Below, in pieces: positions 27,276 to 39,822 of a DNA stretch of 64,000 bases. The DNA lies in contig RSEE01000011.1 in assembly GCA_003971905.1 (NCBI GenBank), positions 62,001-126,000 of the forward strand, written 5' to 3'. A model generated the notes under the pieces. The model did not search any database. It was given only the letters and a program-made list of their open reading frames with translations, and was not told the origin of the DNA. This stretch comes from Moniliella sp. 'wahieum' (taxonomy: Eukaryota). The translations under genes were made by a program, and so were the position numbers. The stretch's first letter is position 1. Each line of letters begins with the position of its first letter.

Positions 27276-29428
27276 ATGCGGCGCAGACGCGACTCGAACG
27301 CCAGCTTTGCCTCGGCCGCTTCTGCACGCACAGTGTACTCGAGCTTCTCTCTCGCCGCCTCGGTCTTTGCCGCCTCCCACCCGCTCCCATCCCTCCCACC
27401 CAGCGTCCAGCTCGACTCCACCCCGCCCATGCGGTCGCCTCCTCTCCGCGCCCCCTCGCGCCCGCACCCGCACCACCTCCAGCGCTGCCCCCGCCCTCAT
27501 TCGTGCGCTGCATGATTGCTACGTCGCTGGCCGCTACGCGAACTGAGCGGCACCATGGGCCTCGGCTCTGGCACTGGCGCTGCTTCCGCATCCGCTGCTG
27601 CTGCTGCTACGGCAATCGCTACTTCCCCTACTGCTGGTGGTGTGCCCCCAGCTCCCGCCGCCGCACCGCCTCGTCCGTCTCACTAGCCTCCTCCACAATC
27701 GACCTCGAACTACGAATGAAGACGGTAACCGACCCTCGTCGCCTCGAGTGGGAAATTCAAGCTTGCTCCACCAGTACTCCTCTTGCGCGCATCTTGCCCT
27801 GCTCGACCGTGCCGCCGAGCTGGGCTCGTTGACCAGTATGGCCCGCCTCGCTTTGCTCTACGCATATGGGGTCCAGCGCCACCACCCTCCTCCTGTGGTC
27901 GTGTGTTCTGCCCGAGAACCTCGTAGGGCTGTGCACTGGGCCATCGTGGTCTCCATGCTGCCATGGATCAGAACGATGTGGCCACTGTTGTATCTTTGGT
28001 TGCCTTGCTGTCACGGTGTGTGTGCGAGCGTCGGCCTTGGCTTGGCCCGCGCTCGACACGTTCCGTCCGCAAAAGTCCACGCTTGCCTCTTCCCCTGCCT
28101 CCTCCATTTTGCCCACCTCCACCCCAGTGCGCGCGCCAAAGAAGAAGAACTGTTGTCTGCCTCAGCTCTGTGGGAATGGATTGCCTCGCTCACTGACACA
28201 GTTGAGCCTTTTCTCTCCACCACACTTCCGCTCTCCCAGCGCCTTCGACGACCACCGACGATGTCGACGACGAAGAGGAACCTACTCCGGTGGATGTCAC
28301 GGCTAGCATGGCACAAGTTCACTTCCTTTTGCTCTGGTGAGCTACGCGACTGGCTGGCTGATTTGGCTCAAACCCCCGAGGACGCCATGCTGGATGCTGA
28401 CCAGAGCCGTGACCTACTGGACTGGCTCAGTGCCCCCCCGGCGCCACGATCTCAGGAGGAGGAGCCGAGCAAGGCCCACAAAAAAGAGGTGCACGCTGCG
28501 GTGCAGGCCGTGATCGAGGCTGGACAAGCGCTCAAGGGGGGGGTGGTGATACCAGCGGAATTTCAGATGGCTCGATCCCGTTGGGTGTGCCCGAAGGGCT
28601 GTACACGGCGGTACAACATCTGAGCAAGGCCTTGTCCCTTTCCTTGGAGGAGGAGGTACCTGTCAGGGTGCCCATTCCCAAACCCCCGTCTCCTCCCAAG
28701 CATCGCAAGGCCGCATCCCTCGCGCCTCCCGTCAGCCCGCCCACAGTACTTCCGCGCCGGCCCTCCAAGAGTGGTACCACCGCGACCAGTACCCCCCTCT
28801 CCCCCTCGGGCATGACGGCCTTCCCTTCCGCCCGGCCCACGTCGCTCTTCCTCCCTCGGCAAGCACCTCTCTTCGCTCTCATTTGGCCCCCCGTCCTCGC
28901 ATTCCCTCTGCCCACGCGGCGCTCAGTGCGTTTGCGCCATCTACCCGCGTCCCATCCATGCCACCGGGCCAAGAAAACTTGGCGTCTCCCTTCCCGCGCG
29001 TGCGCACCGTCTCTAAGGCTTCGACCGCAGCCCCGGCTCCCACTCGGCTCCGGACGCCAAGCACAGCTAGCTCCACCGCCCGTTCGTCCCGAGGCGCATT
29101 AAGCTTGTTGGGCCAAGCAGGATCGGGTCGACAGAGCCTGCGTGCCACCAGCTCCATCTCAGTTTCTACCTCAATGGAAGAACCTACCCTGCCACCCACT
29201 TTGGAGCATACCAGCTTACCCAAGCCCAGGAACGAACCGACCCAGGCAGAGAAGCCATCGTCACAGGGTCTGCACCAGTCGCTCGCCGCCCCCGAAGAGG
29301 CGAGCATGCTGCGTACCGACCAGACCTGCGTCACATGTGGACGGAGCGTGCGCAATGGGCCGTTGGACCGACACGGCCGCGTGTTTTGCGGGCGCGAGTG
29401 CCGCTTGGCGGCCAAGAAGGTGGTATGA
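27276..29428 (+). CDS. Hypothetical protein with a SEL1-like repeat, long Ser/Pro-rich region and C-terminal Cys4 motif; frameshifted
   Basis: LDRAAELGSLTSMARLALLYAYG resembles a SEL1 repeat; ends CVTC-x16-CGREC. Confidence 0.55.
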
Positions 29429-30201
29429 TTGATTATCTTCCCACCGTGGTTCTTCCCTGATTGATGGACAGCGGTCCTGTTGACCGTGTCCAGCCTGGAA
29501 GAGCATCAGGGGGCGGGAGGTGGAAGAGAGAAGGAAAAGGGGCTTCTATCATCCCCTTTTCCCTCCCTCCCCCGCTTTCTCTTCTCTCTTTCTCTCTTTC
29601 TCTCTTGCCCACGTGCTACATGGACTGACAAAACTCAATTTTCAATACTCATAATCATCCCACTGTATCAGGCACTTTCTCTGCAACGAGTCGTCTTTCC
29701 CTCCCCTCTAGATCGCGTCCATTTCATTGACAGAGCTTAAAGCTGGGACAGGGGGAACGCTACGTCTAAACCTAACCGTTCATCTTGCGGGGGTTACTTA
29801 GGGGCGCCACCAGGGTCGAGGAACCAGGGGGATCGCCAGGATATCAGGACCCTCCGGTTCTCGACATCCGGTCCCATACCCTAGGAAGCGCGTGTGGACA
29901 CGGATGAAAGTGGTTGACATCCGAGCGAGAAACCATTTCCACTGAGACTTAGTAGCCAAATCCTTCCAATGCGCAAAAACAACTTGCCCGCTGTATAACA
30001 AGGAAAGCCATCCGGCCATACAGGCTTCCAAATTATACACGCTGTTTTTGTCAGTGCAAAGGCAGAGCATAACCCTAGCGACCGGAAAATGCCCCTACGG
30101 TATATGAAACTTTCGTGTGGTAGCTTGGGCTGCCGTTGTGTGTGCCCATCGTCTGCGACGATTGATTGGCTTTTCCTGTACCATCACCTTACTCCTCCAC
30201 T

Positions 30202-31027
30202 ATGGCAACCGACAGGGAATCTGTCTTGGCCCAGATCGGCGACGCATGCCAAACATACACCGATTCCCCCGCTCCCACTGACAAGGAAACGTTGCGGAGG
30301 GAGGCAGGGGTCTGGCTCAGTTGCTGGGGCCGTGCGACAAGCCAATCGCTCCGCCGCTGAATCGGCTGCGTCCGGTCGGGCGCAGGTAGCAGCGCGGCAA
30401 GCGGCCGAGCATGCCCAGCTGCGCCTGGCAAGTCTACGTGCGGAGCGGGCGCAATCAAGCAGGCCATCGCTGCCTGTCGCCGTTTCCGTGCGCTGTACCC
30501 TACCATCAGCCTGCATTCGGAGGAGGAGTTTGACCAGCTGAGGAGCAAGGACAGGAGGAAGCATGATGCCCCGGCCGACAAGCCCGCGGCCGAGAAGGAG
30601 GAGAAGGACACGGATATGGAAGAGGCAGATGGGGGCGCTGCATCAGCGCAGACGCCGGCTCCGGCGTCGACGGACCCCGAAGGGCGGCGGTCGAATCAGA
30701 GTCGTCGCCGCCAGGCCCTGCACCGGGAGAAGAGACGGCGCACGATCGGATGCTGGCCCGGCTTCAGTTTGAGCTGGAGGAGCGGCGGCGGCTGGAGATG
30801 TGCGTCTGGGGCTGCAGGCGGAGCGGCTCAAAGCGGCAGCGACCACGCGGCAGCGCAAGGCGGAGCTGCTGCGGCTGGAGCAGGACATTCAGAGTGTGAT
30901 GCGGGTGCGTGCGGATTCTGTGTTGGTGTGTGTGTGTGGCGGCGGGCAGAGTGCTGACGCAGCAGGATGCTTGGGTGGACAGGCGGCGCGGCCGATTGCC
31001 CAGTCGCTGGACAAGTTCCTCGAGTAG
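30202..31027 (+). CDS. THOC5: THO complex subunit 5 / Fms-interacting protein; frameshifted
   Basis: Reading across frames gives ACRRFRALYPTISLHSEEEF (~30472-30531) and MLARLQFELEERRRLE (~30750-30797), characteristic of the FimP/Thoc5 family. Confidence 0.72.
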
Positions 31028-31201
31028 GCGCACGCCGCATCAATCGAGCCCATCATAACCACCGCAGACAATCTGTTTCTTTTCTGAGTGCCATAGACCT
31101 GCCGTCTGTCCAGTGAAAGTTCAGGCCAGCTGCTGTCGCCAACTAGGCACGCAGCGTGTTGATCTCGGCCGCACCCAACCACCGTCACCACGCGCCCGGC
31201 C

Positions 31202-34200
31202 ATGGACTCGTTCCGCATGCCTTCTGCACCGGGCCGGCCGTCGCGCGGAGATGGCGACGACACCTTTGCCCCCCGCATCCGCGCCCCGGGCTCGTGCTCC
31301 CCCTGCCGCTGTCCTTTGCCGGTGGCGCCAGCAGTGGCCCGCGCGGCAGCAACGGCCCCCGTGCCGCCCCCAGCGTCGGCGAGGACAGCGCCGATGGCAG
31401 CACCAGCATGCTCACCCGCGCTACGCTGCCGCCCATGGCGCGCCACGCCCCCTCGCACTCTCCCTTGCGCCCCATGCTGCTTCTGGACGCACACGCCCTC
31501 CGCCTTCCTGGACGACTCCACCAGCTCGGTGGTGCGGGACGACGAGCTGGCCAACTCCAGTGGCCTCCTCTTTCACGCCCCCATTTTTGCTCCCATGCGC
31601 CCAAACAGGAGGAACCTCAACCCCATTTCTGAGAGCGTGCTGTCGCATTCGCCCGTCGGCCCCGCCTTGGGCTGCCCCGCTCTCCCTCCCACACCCCCCC
31701 AAATGGTCCGAACGCGCCAACGGGCTCTTTCACCCCGGCCGGGCCTGCTGGCCCTACCCTCGCTCCCCCCCGGATCAAGGCCAAGAGGAGACTGGATCAG
31801 GGCCTGAGTGACTCGTACTCGGTTCATGCCTCGAGCCCGCTCCGCGCTACCCTCGGGCACCCGCGCATGGACGTTTCGGATGGCCCCGAGACGCCTGTGC
31901 ACGCGGAGGAGGCCATGGCAGAGCCCTTTGCGTCGGACCCCCCTCTGCAGCAGGACGACGCTAGCACGACAGGCCCGACCATGACGCAAAAGCTCCGAGT
32001 TTGGATGCACGACGCGCTCAAGCACCATCTCTACGACACGGCCATCTTTTGGGGTGACAAGCTGCTGTCGCTCGAGCGGGGCGAAGAGGCTTACAATGAC
32101 GCCTACTTTCTTGCCTCGCTTATTTTTACACGCACCAGTACCGCAAGACGGTCGCCCTTCTTACTGCCCCCCTGCCTGCCCCGCCAGGGGACGCGGAGGC
32201 GGACGGCTTGGCGCCCCCACCTGTGCCGGCAGCCATCCAGCACATGTGGCTGACCCTTTGGTTGCCGCGCTCAATGGCACAAGAGAGACGGCCTTGCTTC
32301 CGCTTTCCTCGCGCCGCGCGTCCAAACGCAAGGACCGCGCATTTACCGTCTCTGGCACCGGCACGGCTAGTGACGAGGACCCATCTCTGGCCCCCGAACC
32401 GTCCGAGACGGAGCCACTTGGGGCAGAGCGGATCCCCGCTCCTCCCAAGCCGGAGGAGGAGATGGATGTTCAGGCCGAGGCGGCAGAGGCCGATGCTGCT
32501 ACCTGGGCTGCGACCGTAGCGGAGGATGCGACGGAGGGCCAGGCGTATGCCTGGATGGAAGATGTGGACCAGTGCATGGCCAGTGTCAGCTCGGCCGCGC
32601 CGCCGCGACGAGGGCCCGTGCCTGGTGAGTTTCAGCCAGGCCTGCCGCTACTTGGCAGCACAAGCGTTGGTCCGCATTGGACGGATGTATGATGCGCTGG
32701 ATTTATTGGGACGCGATGCCGGGCGGTGGCGGGGAGCGAGCCAGACATTTGAGAACGACCGGCCCTCGATGGCGGGATCAAGCTCGTTTCGTCGGCATGC
32801 CACTTGCGTGGCTTGATTTACCTCCGTCTGGACGATTTGGACCGGGCCAAGGAGAACTTTCTTAAGGCTTTGGCTTTGGACGTGAAGAATTTCGATGCGT
32901 TTGCCGCGTTGGTTGAGGGCGCCTTGGTCCCTCCCGATGCGCTGTGGGACTTTGTCCAGAACTTGGACTATGCTGCGCAGAGTGAGGGCGTCATCTCCCA
33001 GGGCCAGCGGATCAATGAGTTGGAGATGGTAAAGGAGCTCTACCTCCTTCGTCTGCCTACCGCTTCCGCCGACCAGGCCCATCGGGTTGGACAGGCTCGC
33101 CAGGTGCTGGCGCGTGAGTTTGGGATTACGCTGCTCAACCCGGATGTGCTCCTATCGGTCGCCGAAGAACTTTACACCCCCGATTGCGATGGGAAGACGC
33201 CCATACGGTAAGCCAGCGTATCATGGACCTTGCACCAGATCATCTGCGGCTTTGTGTGGTGCACGTGGGCAGCATGGTCCATGTGCCACGATTGCATCCT
33301 GCCCTCTTTGCGTTGGCCCATCGGCTGGTCGCGTCGGATCCGGGTGCGGCGGTGAGCTGGTACGCTGTCGGTGCGTGGTACGCTGCGACGGGGCGGTGGC
33401 TGGATGCGCGACGATACTTTGGCAAAGCCTCGCTCCTCGATCCACGCAGTGCACCGGTCTGGCTCGCGTTTGGCCACTCGTTTGCGTTACAGGGAGAGAG
33501 TGACCATGCAGTGGTGGCCTACTCGACGGCGGCGCGCAAGTTTGTCCAGTCCCCGCTCCCGCCCATCTTTATTGCGATGGAGCACATTCACCAGGGCAAC
33601 TTTCGACTTGCGCATCTCTTCCTCTCTGCCTCCCAGCAGGCTGGGGACGATCCGTTGGCCCAAAATGAACTGGGCGTGGTGGAGTTCCATGCGGGCAACT
33701 ACGAAGCGGCCCAAGCGGCGTTTGATGCGGCGCTGACGATTGCCAAACAGGGCAAGCATGCACTGGGGCCGTGGGTGCCAACGTTGCTCAACTTGGCGCA
33801 GACCCAACGGTTGCTGGGGCAGCTGGACAGCGCCTCAGCGTCTTACACCTTGGCACTCGAGTTGGACCCGCACTGCGCCCCGGCCTACTTGGGCCTGGGG
33901 CTGGTGCAGTTGGCGCAGGACCGGGTGGGCGAGTGCATCACCTCGTTGCACCAAGCCTTGGCTTTGGATCCTCGCGATGCAGGGGCCACCATGCTGCTGG
34001 AATATGCGCTGGCCGAATGGGCCACGACGTCCGGCGGACTTTTTGACATGCTCGACCCCGAGGTGGTTCAACGCTTGTCACGTCCCACGCCCCCGCCCCC
34101 AGAACAACGGCGCTGGATACGAGCCAGAGCCGGAGTGCCCACTCGGTGTCTGCCTCCCTCTCCCGTTTCCCGACCTGTCTCGGTCACACGATGCGTCGCA

Positions 34201-34306
34201 CTATTCGCACTCGCACTCTACCGAGACGTCGGTAGGTCGGCTGTCGCAGTCGCAGAGTATGCTGCTGGATGAATCGGCGAGCGCGAGCGATATGATGTTT
34301 GAATAA
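31202..34306 (+). CDS. CDC16: Anaphase-promoting complex TPR subunit Cdc16/Cut9/APC6; frameshifted
   Basis: LRVWMHDALKHHLYDTAIFWGDKLL, AKENFLKALALDVKNFDAF, VSWYAVGAWY, WLAFGHSFALQGESDHAVVAYSTAAR, DPLAQNELGVV, further TPRs. Confidence 0.88.
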
Positions 34307-34324
34307 GAAATACGATGCGGCGGG

Positions 34325-37300
34325 TCACCACCGATGTTGCAGCCAGCAGAGGGCAGCAGGAATGAGTACAGAGTGAGGAGTGAAAAGGTGAGCTGGGACT
34401 AATGCACTAATGGGCACTAATGGGATATCGCTGGGGAAGAAGAGGATGAACAAGGGACATGCAAATGTGAGAGGGGATGAATGGGTAAAAAATTGAAGGG
34501 ACGCAATGCAAAGAGAAGGAGGAGATGGTCCTCTTTGGTGGAGCAAAAGCAAGATGCAGATAAAAGGAGAGGCTATCGGCTCAAGCATCCGAGCTGAACG
34601 GGGTACGGGGAAAAGCAGGCTGTCGGGAGTGGCAGCGCCCAGCACGCCCTCGAGATGCAAGCCAATGTGAACAAAGAGCGTTGCATGGGGCAACGGGTTC
34701 AGATGGGCATCGTACAGGCGCAAATGGTGGTAGCCCTCGGCGAGGGAACCAATGCTGGCCATGTGCGCTGCTACCAGCTTCCGACCCGCTTCGGCCTCCT
34801 CGGAATGGGAGCGGCGACGGAGGGGGGCGAGCAGCTTGTTCGGTTTGCGCATCTCGTCCTCAGCATGGGACCAGACTTGGAACCGGACAAAAGCCAGGTC
34901 CAACAGTCCGCCCGTCAAGCTGCGTAGGTTTTGGTCTCCCGCCCGCGCCGACGCACCGCACACAAGCGGCACGTCCACCGCCACCGACAGTTCCTCTTCC
35001 CAGCGCGGGTTGAAGCCGTTGCGGGAGACGGGTGGGTACTTTGCGGTTCCGATGCTTCTCCGTTTCGCGTCGGATTAGCTTGGCCAGCTGCCCAGCCGAG
35101 ATGGCGCGCTGATCTTTCCACTGCGGCGGCGTGTGCAACGCCAGCGACACGGACGGCGACAGCAGCTCCTCCTCCACACGAGGTAAGAGTTGGGCCGACT
35201 TGACCTGCACCACTAGGCGAATCCGGACGGTAGCCGTCGGCTGGTATGGGTCGCGCAACGCGCGAGGCTTGAGTACGTACCCGGCCGCTGCGTTGCGGGC
35301 AAATAGCGCATGCGACAGTTCCAAGCCCAAATCACTCGTTTGCCAATTCAGCGCTACCTGTTGGCACCCGGCCATCCAGAACGCCAATGGGTCGGGGTTG
35401 GCCGAGGTGTGCTTTCGCCGCGCTACATTGTGCATGAGCGAGGGGTAGATGCGTACCAGGTGAGTCCGCGCGTGGTCCACCAACTGGGACAAATGTTTCT
35501 TGCCTCCAGCTTCGGAGAAACTCAGCATCTGTTCCGGCGGCGCGGGGTCAAACCCACGAAACTTGACACCGACCGTGTACACCAGAAGCTGGGCCAGGCG
35601 AGGCGACAAGGCTCGTTTCGACGGCCGTAGTTTTCGTCCGAGGCGACCAAAGTTCTCGTCCGTGGTTGAGGCCTCGTCAGAAGCACTGCATCCTTCGCTC
35701 GACGAAGTCAATGAGGGGGTCAAGAGCAGCTCATCATCCCGGGTTGGAGAGGACAATGACGATTGCGATGATGGCGATGGCGAGGGCGAGGGCGATGGCG
35801 AGGGCGAGGGCGATGGCGAGGGCGATGGCGAGGGTGATGGCGAGGGTGATGGCGATAACGATGACGACGGCGATGGCGAAGAGGAGAGGGATCGGGATGA
35901 AGAGAACGAAGACAAAGGTGAGGTGTTGGGGGTCGGCGGCTGAGCTGCGTGATCGGGGACATGCTTGGCCTTGATCAAGATCCGTCCCCTCAGTTCCCGC
36001 GGTGAGGGCAGGTTGGGCGCATGGACCGAGGAGGGCAGACGGTGGGTAAGCAAGGCCGGGCCCAACTCGGTGCGGAGGATGGAGGCAAGGCGGTCCTGTT
36101 GCGGCAGAGTATTGTGCACCTCGAGACAGAGAATCAGAGGCCAGGGGGAAGCGGCAAACGCGTAGCGTGCCACGGCGCGCAACGCATCCCGAATGCCCAA
36201 CCGCGTGGTCCATGTTCGACCATGTGTCACCACCGGTTCGCCCTCCGCACCGTCCCAGCAATCAATCTCGATCGACCGTGCACCCGCTTGAAGCGCGCGA
36301 ACTAACCCTTCCACCTCGCTGCCCCCGACCAGTTGGCCCGACACGGTAGGTGTTGTGGCTGGCCGCAATGAAGTACTCGTTCAGAGGCCGGTCCATGTCA
36401 TGCGCACAGCCATCCTCCTCTGCAGAAAGCGCCGGCGGGGCAGGCTGCGGCGTGGCGAGCGCCAAAAGCGCTCGGGGGTGTGGGCCGACAAGCGCTGCAC
36501 ATGGGGGTGGGACGGGACTTGTTGCATCTGGGGCAGCGGCCAGGGTGCATATCGATCGGCTATCGCGCAATTGTCTGCGCTCAGCAAAAAGGTGGTAAAC
36601 CCATCGAGCGTAAGCAACCCCGTTTGTGCGTCGGCATACTTGCGGACCAGCATGGACAGAGCACCGTCGTCCAGCACCATCTGGTATGCCAGCAGGGTCA
36701 GCAACACATTCTTACACAACAAGACACCATACTGGGGAAGATGGGGACGAAAGCACGGACCTTTTGCTGGTGTGCCAGAAAGCTCCCAAATTCTTGCTGG
36801 CTCATCCCCGCGTCTGGCTCCGACCAGGCGGCGTAGATGGCGTCCACCTCAGGCCGGTGCGTGAGGAGCCGGACAAAAACGTGGAACTGGGCCAGGTCCA
36901 GAGTACCGGCCGCGCGGGTATCGGCTTGAGCAAAGAGGCCCGCCAGCGTCGCCTGGGAAGCGTGAATGCCGAGTTGGCGGCACAGACGCACCGTGGCTGC
37001 CAAGTCGAGACGCTCACCCGGGGAAGGAGGAGGGACCAAAACCGCAGCGTGGGGCGGCACCGCAACCTCGGTCAGACGCAAAAGCGCGGGAGGCGAAAGG
37101 GACGTGGGGGCGGTCAGCGGGGGCACCGGGGTCGGGCCGAGAAGAGCATGTTGGGCGAGCAGAAGGAGCTGAAGCGCACGCCGCCAGCAGGCAAAGCTGG
37201 CGTCCGACAAGGCAATGAGGTGGAGCTGTTTTTCACAGGCGGGTCCCCGGGCCGAGCAAAAGCCGGTAGCAGACGGTAATCCACCGAGATTCATGTGCAG

Positions 37301-37898
37301 CCGAAATACTGAGCGCCTCCCGGTCTGCTACAGCGGCTGCCCCAGCACGGAAGGAAACGAGAGAGGCGAGGGTAACGCGGTTGGATTTTTTGCTCGCCCA
37401 CGTCATCTCTCCGGCGACAGCGTCGAGACGGAAGCGGAAGAACCGCTGACGGACCTTGCGGGTGGTGACTTTAAGCATCACTTCCCCATTTTTGGGCGGT
37501 AGGGCAGTCGAGGGGGTGGGGTGGGAGGGCAACGGTGGGGTGAGAGCGGAGGAGGCAATCCGAGCATCAGAAGAACGACGACGGACCAGCGGGATGGTTG
37601 AGAAGACGCCGACCGGGGACGGGAGGCTGCGGGGGTGAAAGCGCCGGGCGAGAGAAAAGGGGCGGTCAACAACAGGCAACGTCGCGGCACGTGCAGGGAG
37701 GCGAAGCTGGGGAAGAGGTTGAGGCTGAGGTTGAGGTTGAGGTTGGGAATGATGAAAATGCAGAGGCGGATGCGGACAAGGGTCAAGAGGAAGATGGGGT
37801 GGAGGGTAAAGTGAAGGGGGAGACTCAGGATCGAGCTGGATTAGTTGGGGCGCCACCACTGCGCCTGAACTGGCAGAGGCGGGCAGGGGAGGCGGCAT
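34325..37898 (-). CDS. PLC1: Phosphoinositide-specific phospholipase C (PH-like, EF-hand, X, Y and C2 domains); frameshifted, 3' end uncertain (may stop near 34580)
   Basis: DMDRPLNEYFIAASHNTY, RSIEIDCWDG, VTHGRT, LEVH, LVRIYP, GCQQVALNWQT, GYVLKP, C2 ending EGYHHLRLYD. Confidence 0.9.
35773..35856. repeat. Hexanucleotide repeat GG(C/T)GA(G/T) x14, encoding poly(Ser-Pro) in the PLC1 X-Y linker
   Basis: Direct reading of the sequence; the - strand ORF translates SPSPSP... Confidence 0.9.
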
Positions 37899-39822
37899 GG
37901 GGAGGTGGCAAGGTAGGCTCGGACTGGTGGCGGATGATGGGCATGGTGGATAGCGACACGGACATTGGGACCACTGGGGTAGCGCGAGGGCAGAGGTGGT
38001 GGTCTCAAGGGCTCGAAGTGTAGGCTGGGATCGGGACAGTCATGGAGGCGATTGGGGGGGGGGGGGCAGAGGGGACGCCAAGGTTGAAGGACAGAAAGGG
38101 GGCAAGCAGGCGGAGCGGCCGAGGACAAAAGAGTGGAGGGGGTTCTACCGGTTACCGTCGAGGCGCGGTGAAGCCGTGAAGCTTGAACCTTGAAGGCGAG
38201 GTGCCGGAGCGGATCCAGCCGTCTTTGATGACTCGATAGCCCTCGGACGAAAAAAGCCAAGCCAAGCCGAGCAAGAAGGAGTGGGAGCAGTGCGATCAGT
38301 ACGTCCTGTCGATCAGATCTGCAAGTTCCGGCCGGCCGTACCAGCAGCGCGCACAACGGGAGGTGGTATAGACTGAGCCGGGTGGAATGGTGCCGGCTGG
38401 CGTTGGAATATAAGGCGCATCTTCCGATCCAGATCTTCCCGTTTGTTGTCTGTTGTCCGTTTTCCCCGACACGACTGACTGCGTTCGCTCTGCCTCTCGC
38501 TGGGCCTGAGTCTCTGGTTTGGCCTGGGCGCTTGGCGCACAACCCGTCGTCATCGCCTCCTCGATCATCGCCCCCGGCCACGCTCGGATGGGTGACACGG
38601 ATGCGGACGCGCTGACGCATCACACATCACACATCAGGCACCGCCGTCAGGCGCCACTGCACCACAGCAGGCCACAATCATCCAATGAATCATCTGCCAG
38701 ACATGGCCGATCATCGATCACCCATCCTATCGCGGGCCTATCGACGGCAGTACACTGCCCCTGTCCTAGTCCGTTAGCACCCACAACGAGGCTGGCGCTG
38801 TGCGGAGCAGGGCCAGTACTCACGCAGTGTATCAAGTACGCTCAGTCGCAGTGCTCAGTCGGCCAGTGCCGGCTGGTGCCAGCAGCGTCGATATCGCAAC
38901 GCGATCAGCCGTGCTGTGCTCGGCCGTGCTCAGCGCGCCGCGGCTCGGCGGCCCAGCCCTGCGCGGCCTCCGCCATCTTCTTCCCTGCTTTCCCGCACCT
39001 TGGCTCCCCTCGGGCCGGACCGGACCTGTTGGAGAACAAATAGACGATAGACGATGTTGGCAGCACACACTCCCATCCGCCCCGCTCCGCCTCCTCTCCA
39101 GCCGCCGTCGCACTGATTGCACTTGGCTCAAATAGTCCATCGCGCTCGGGCGCAAACCGACGCAAAGCAAAGCCTGCGAAAAGAAGCGCCAGCCAGCCCA
39201 TTCTTTCTCGTAAAGCTTAACTCCTTCTACAGATACCCATCCTCCCAAGCCAATCCCATTCGTATCTTTTTCTATAGGCAGCATCGACATCCACCCTCAT
39301 TTTTTCTCTTCTTCGCGCGCCGCGCGTATCGCCAGGTACATTGTTAGCGCAGTAGCGTTATCGCTCCCTTCTTTTTCCGTCAACGCCGTCGCTGCACACA
39401 CTTCAGGGCTTCAAGGACCAAATATCACTACGTCACAATGAAACATGTCAGACCATTGACATATGGATCCCCGCCCCACCCCCAAACAGCGTCTATGCGT
39501 GGTCATGCATTGCCTGGCCACCAAACAGCAGCACCGCTGGGGCTTTTGTCCCACCCATGCACCCGCCACGCACGGTGCCAGGCCCTGATTGGGGGCAGCA
39601 AAAAAGAGTACCAGATACGAGGAAGAGGCGGGCAAACTCAAACAAGGACAGAGAACCAGGACAGGCAGAGGGCGCCAACGACACCCAGAGGGAGGCAGCA
39701 CAGCAGGCAAACGCGATCCAATGCAGTGTCAGCGCCAGTTCGCAACGGCACTCTCCCTTGGTCGTTCTTTGGCTTTCCTACCACATCCGGCACGCTCAGC
39801 CTCCGGCCCAGCGCACTGCACT

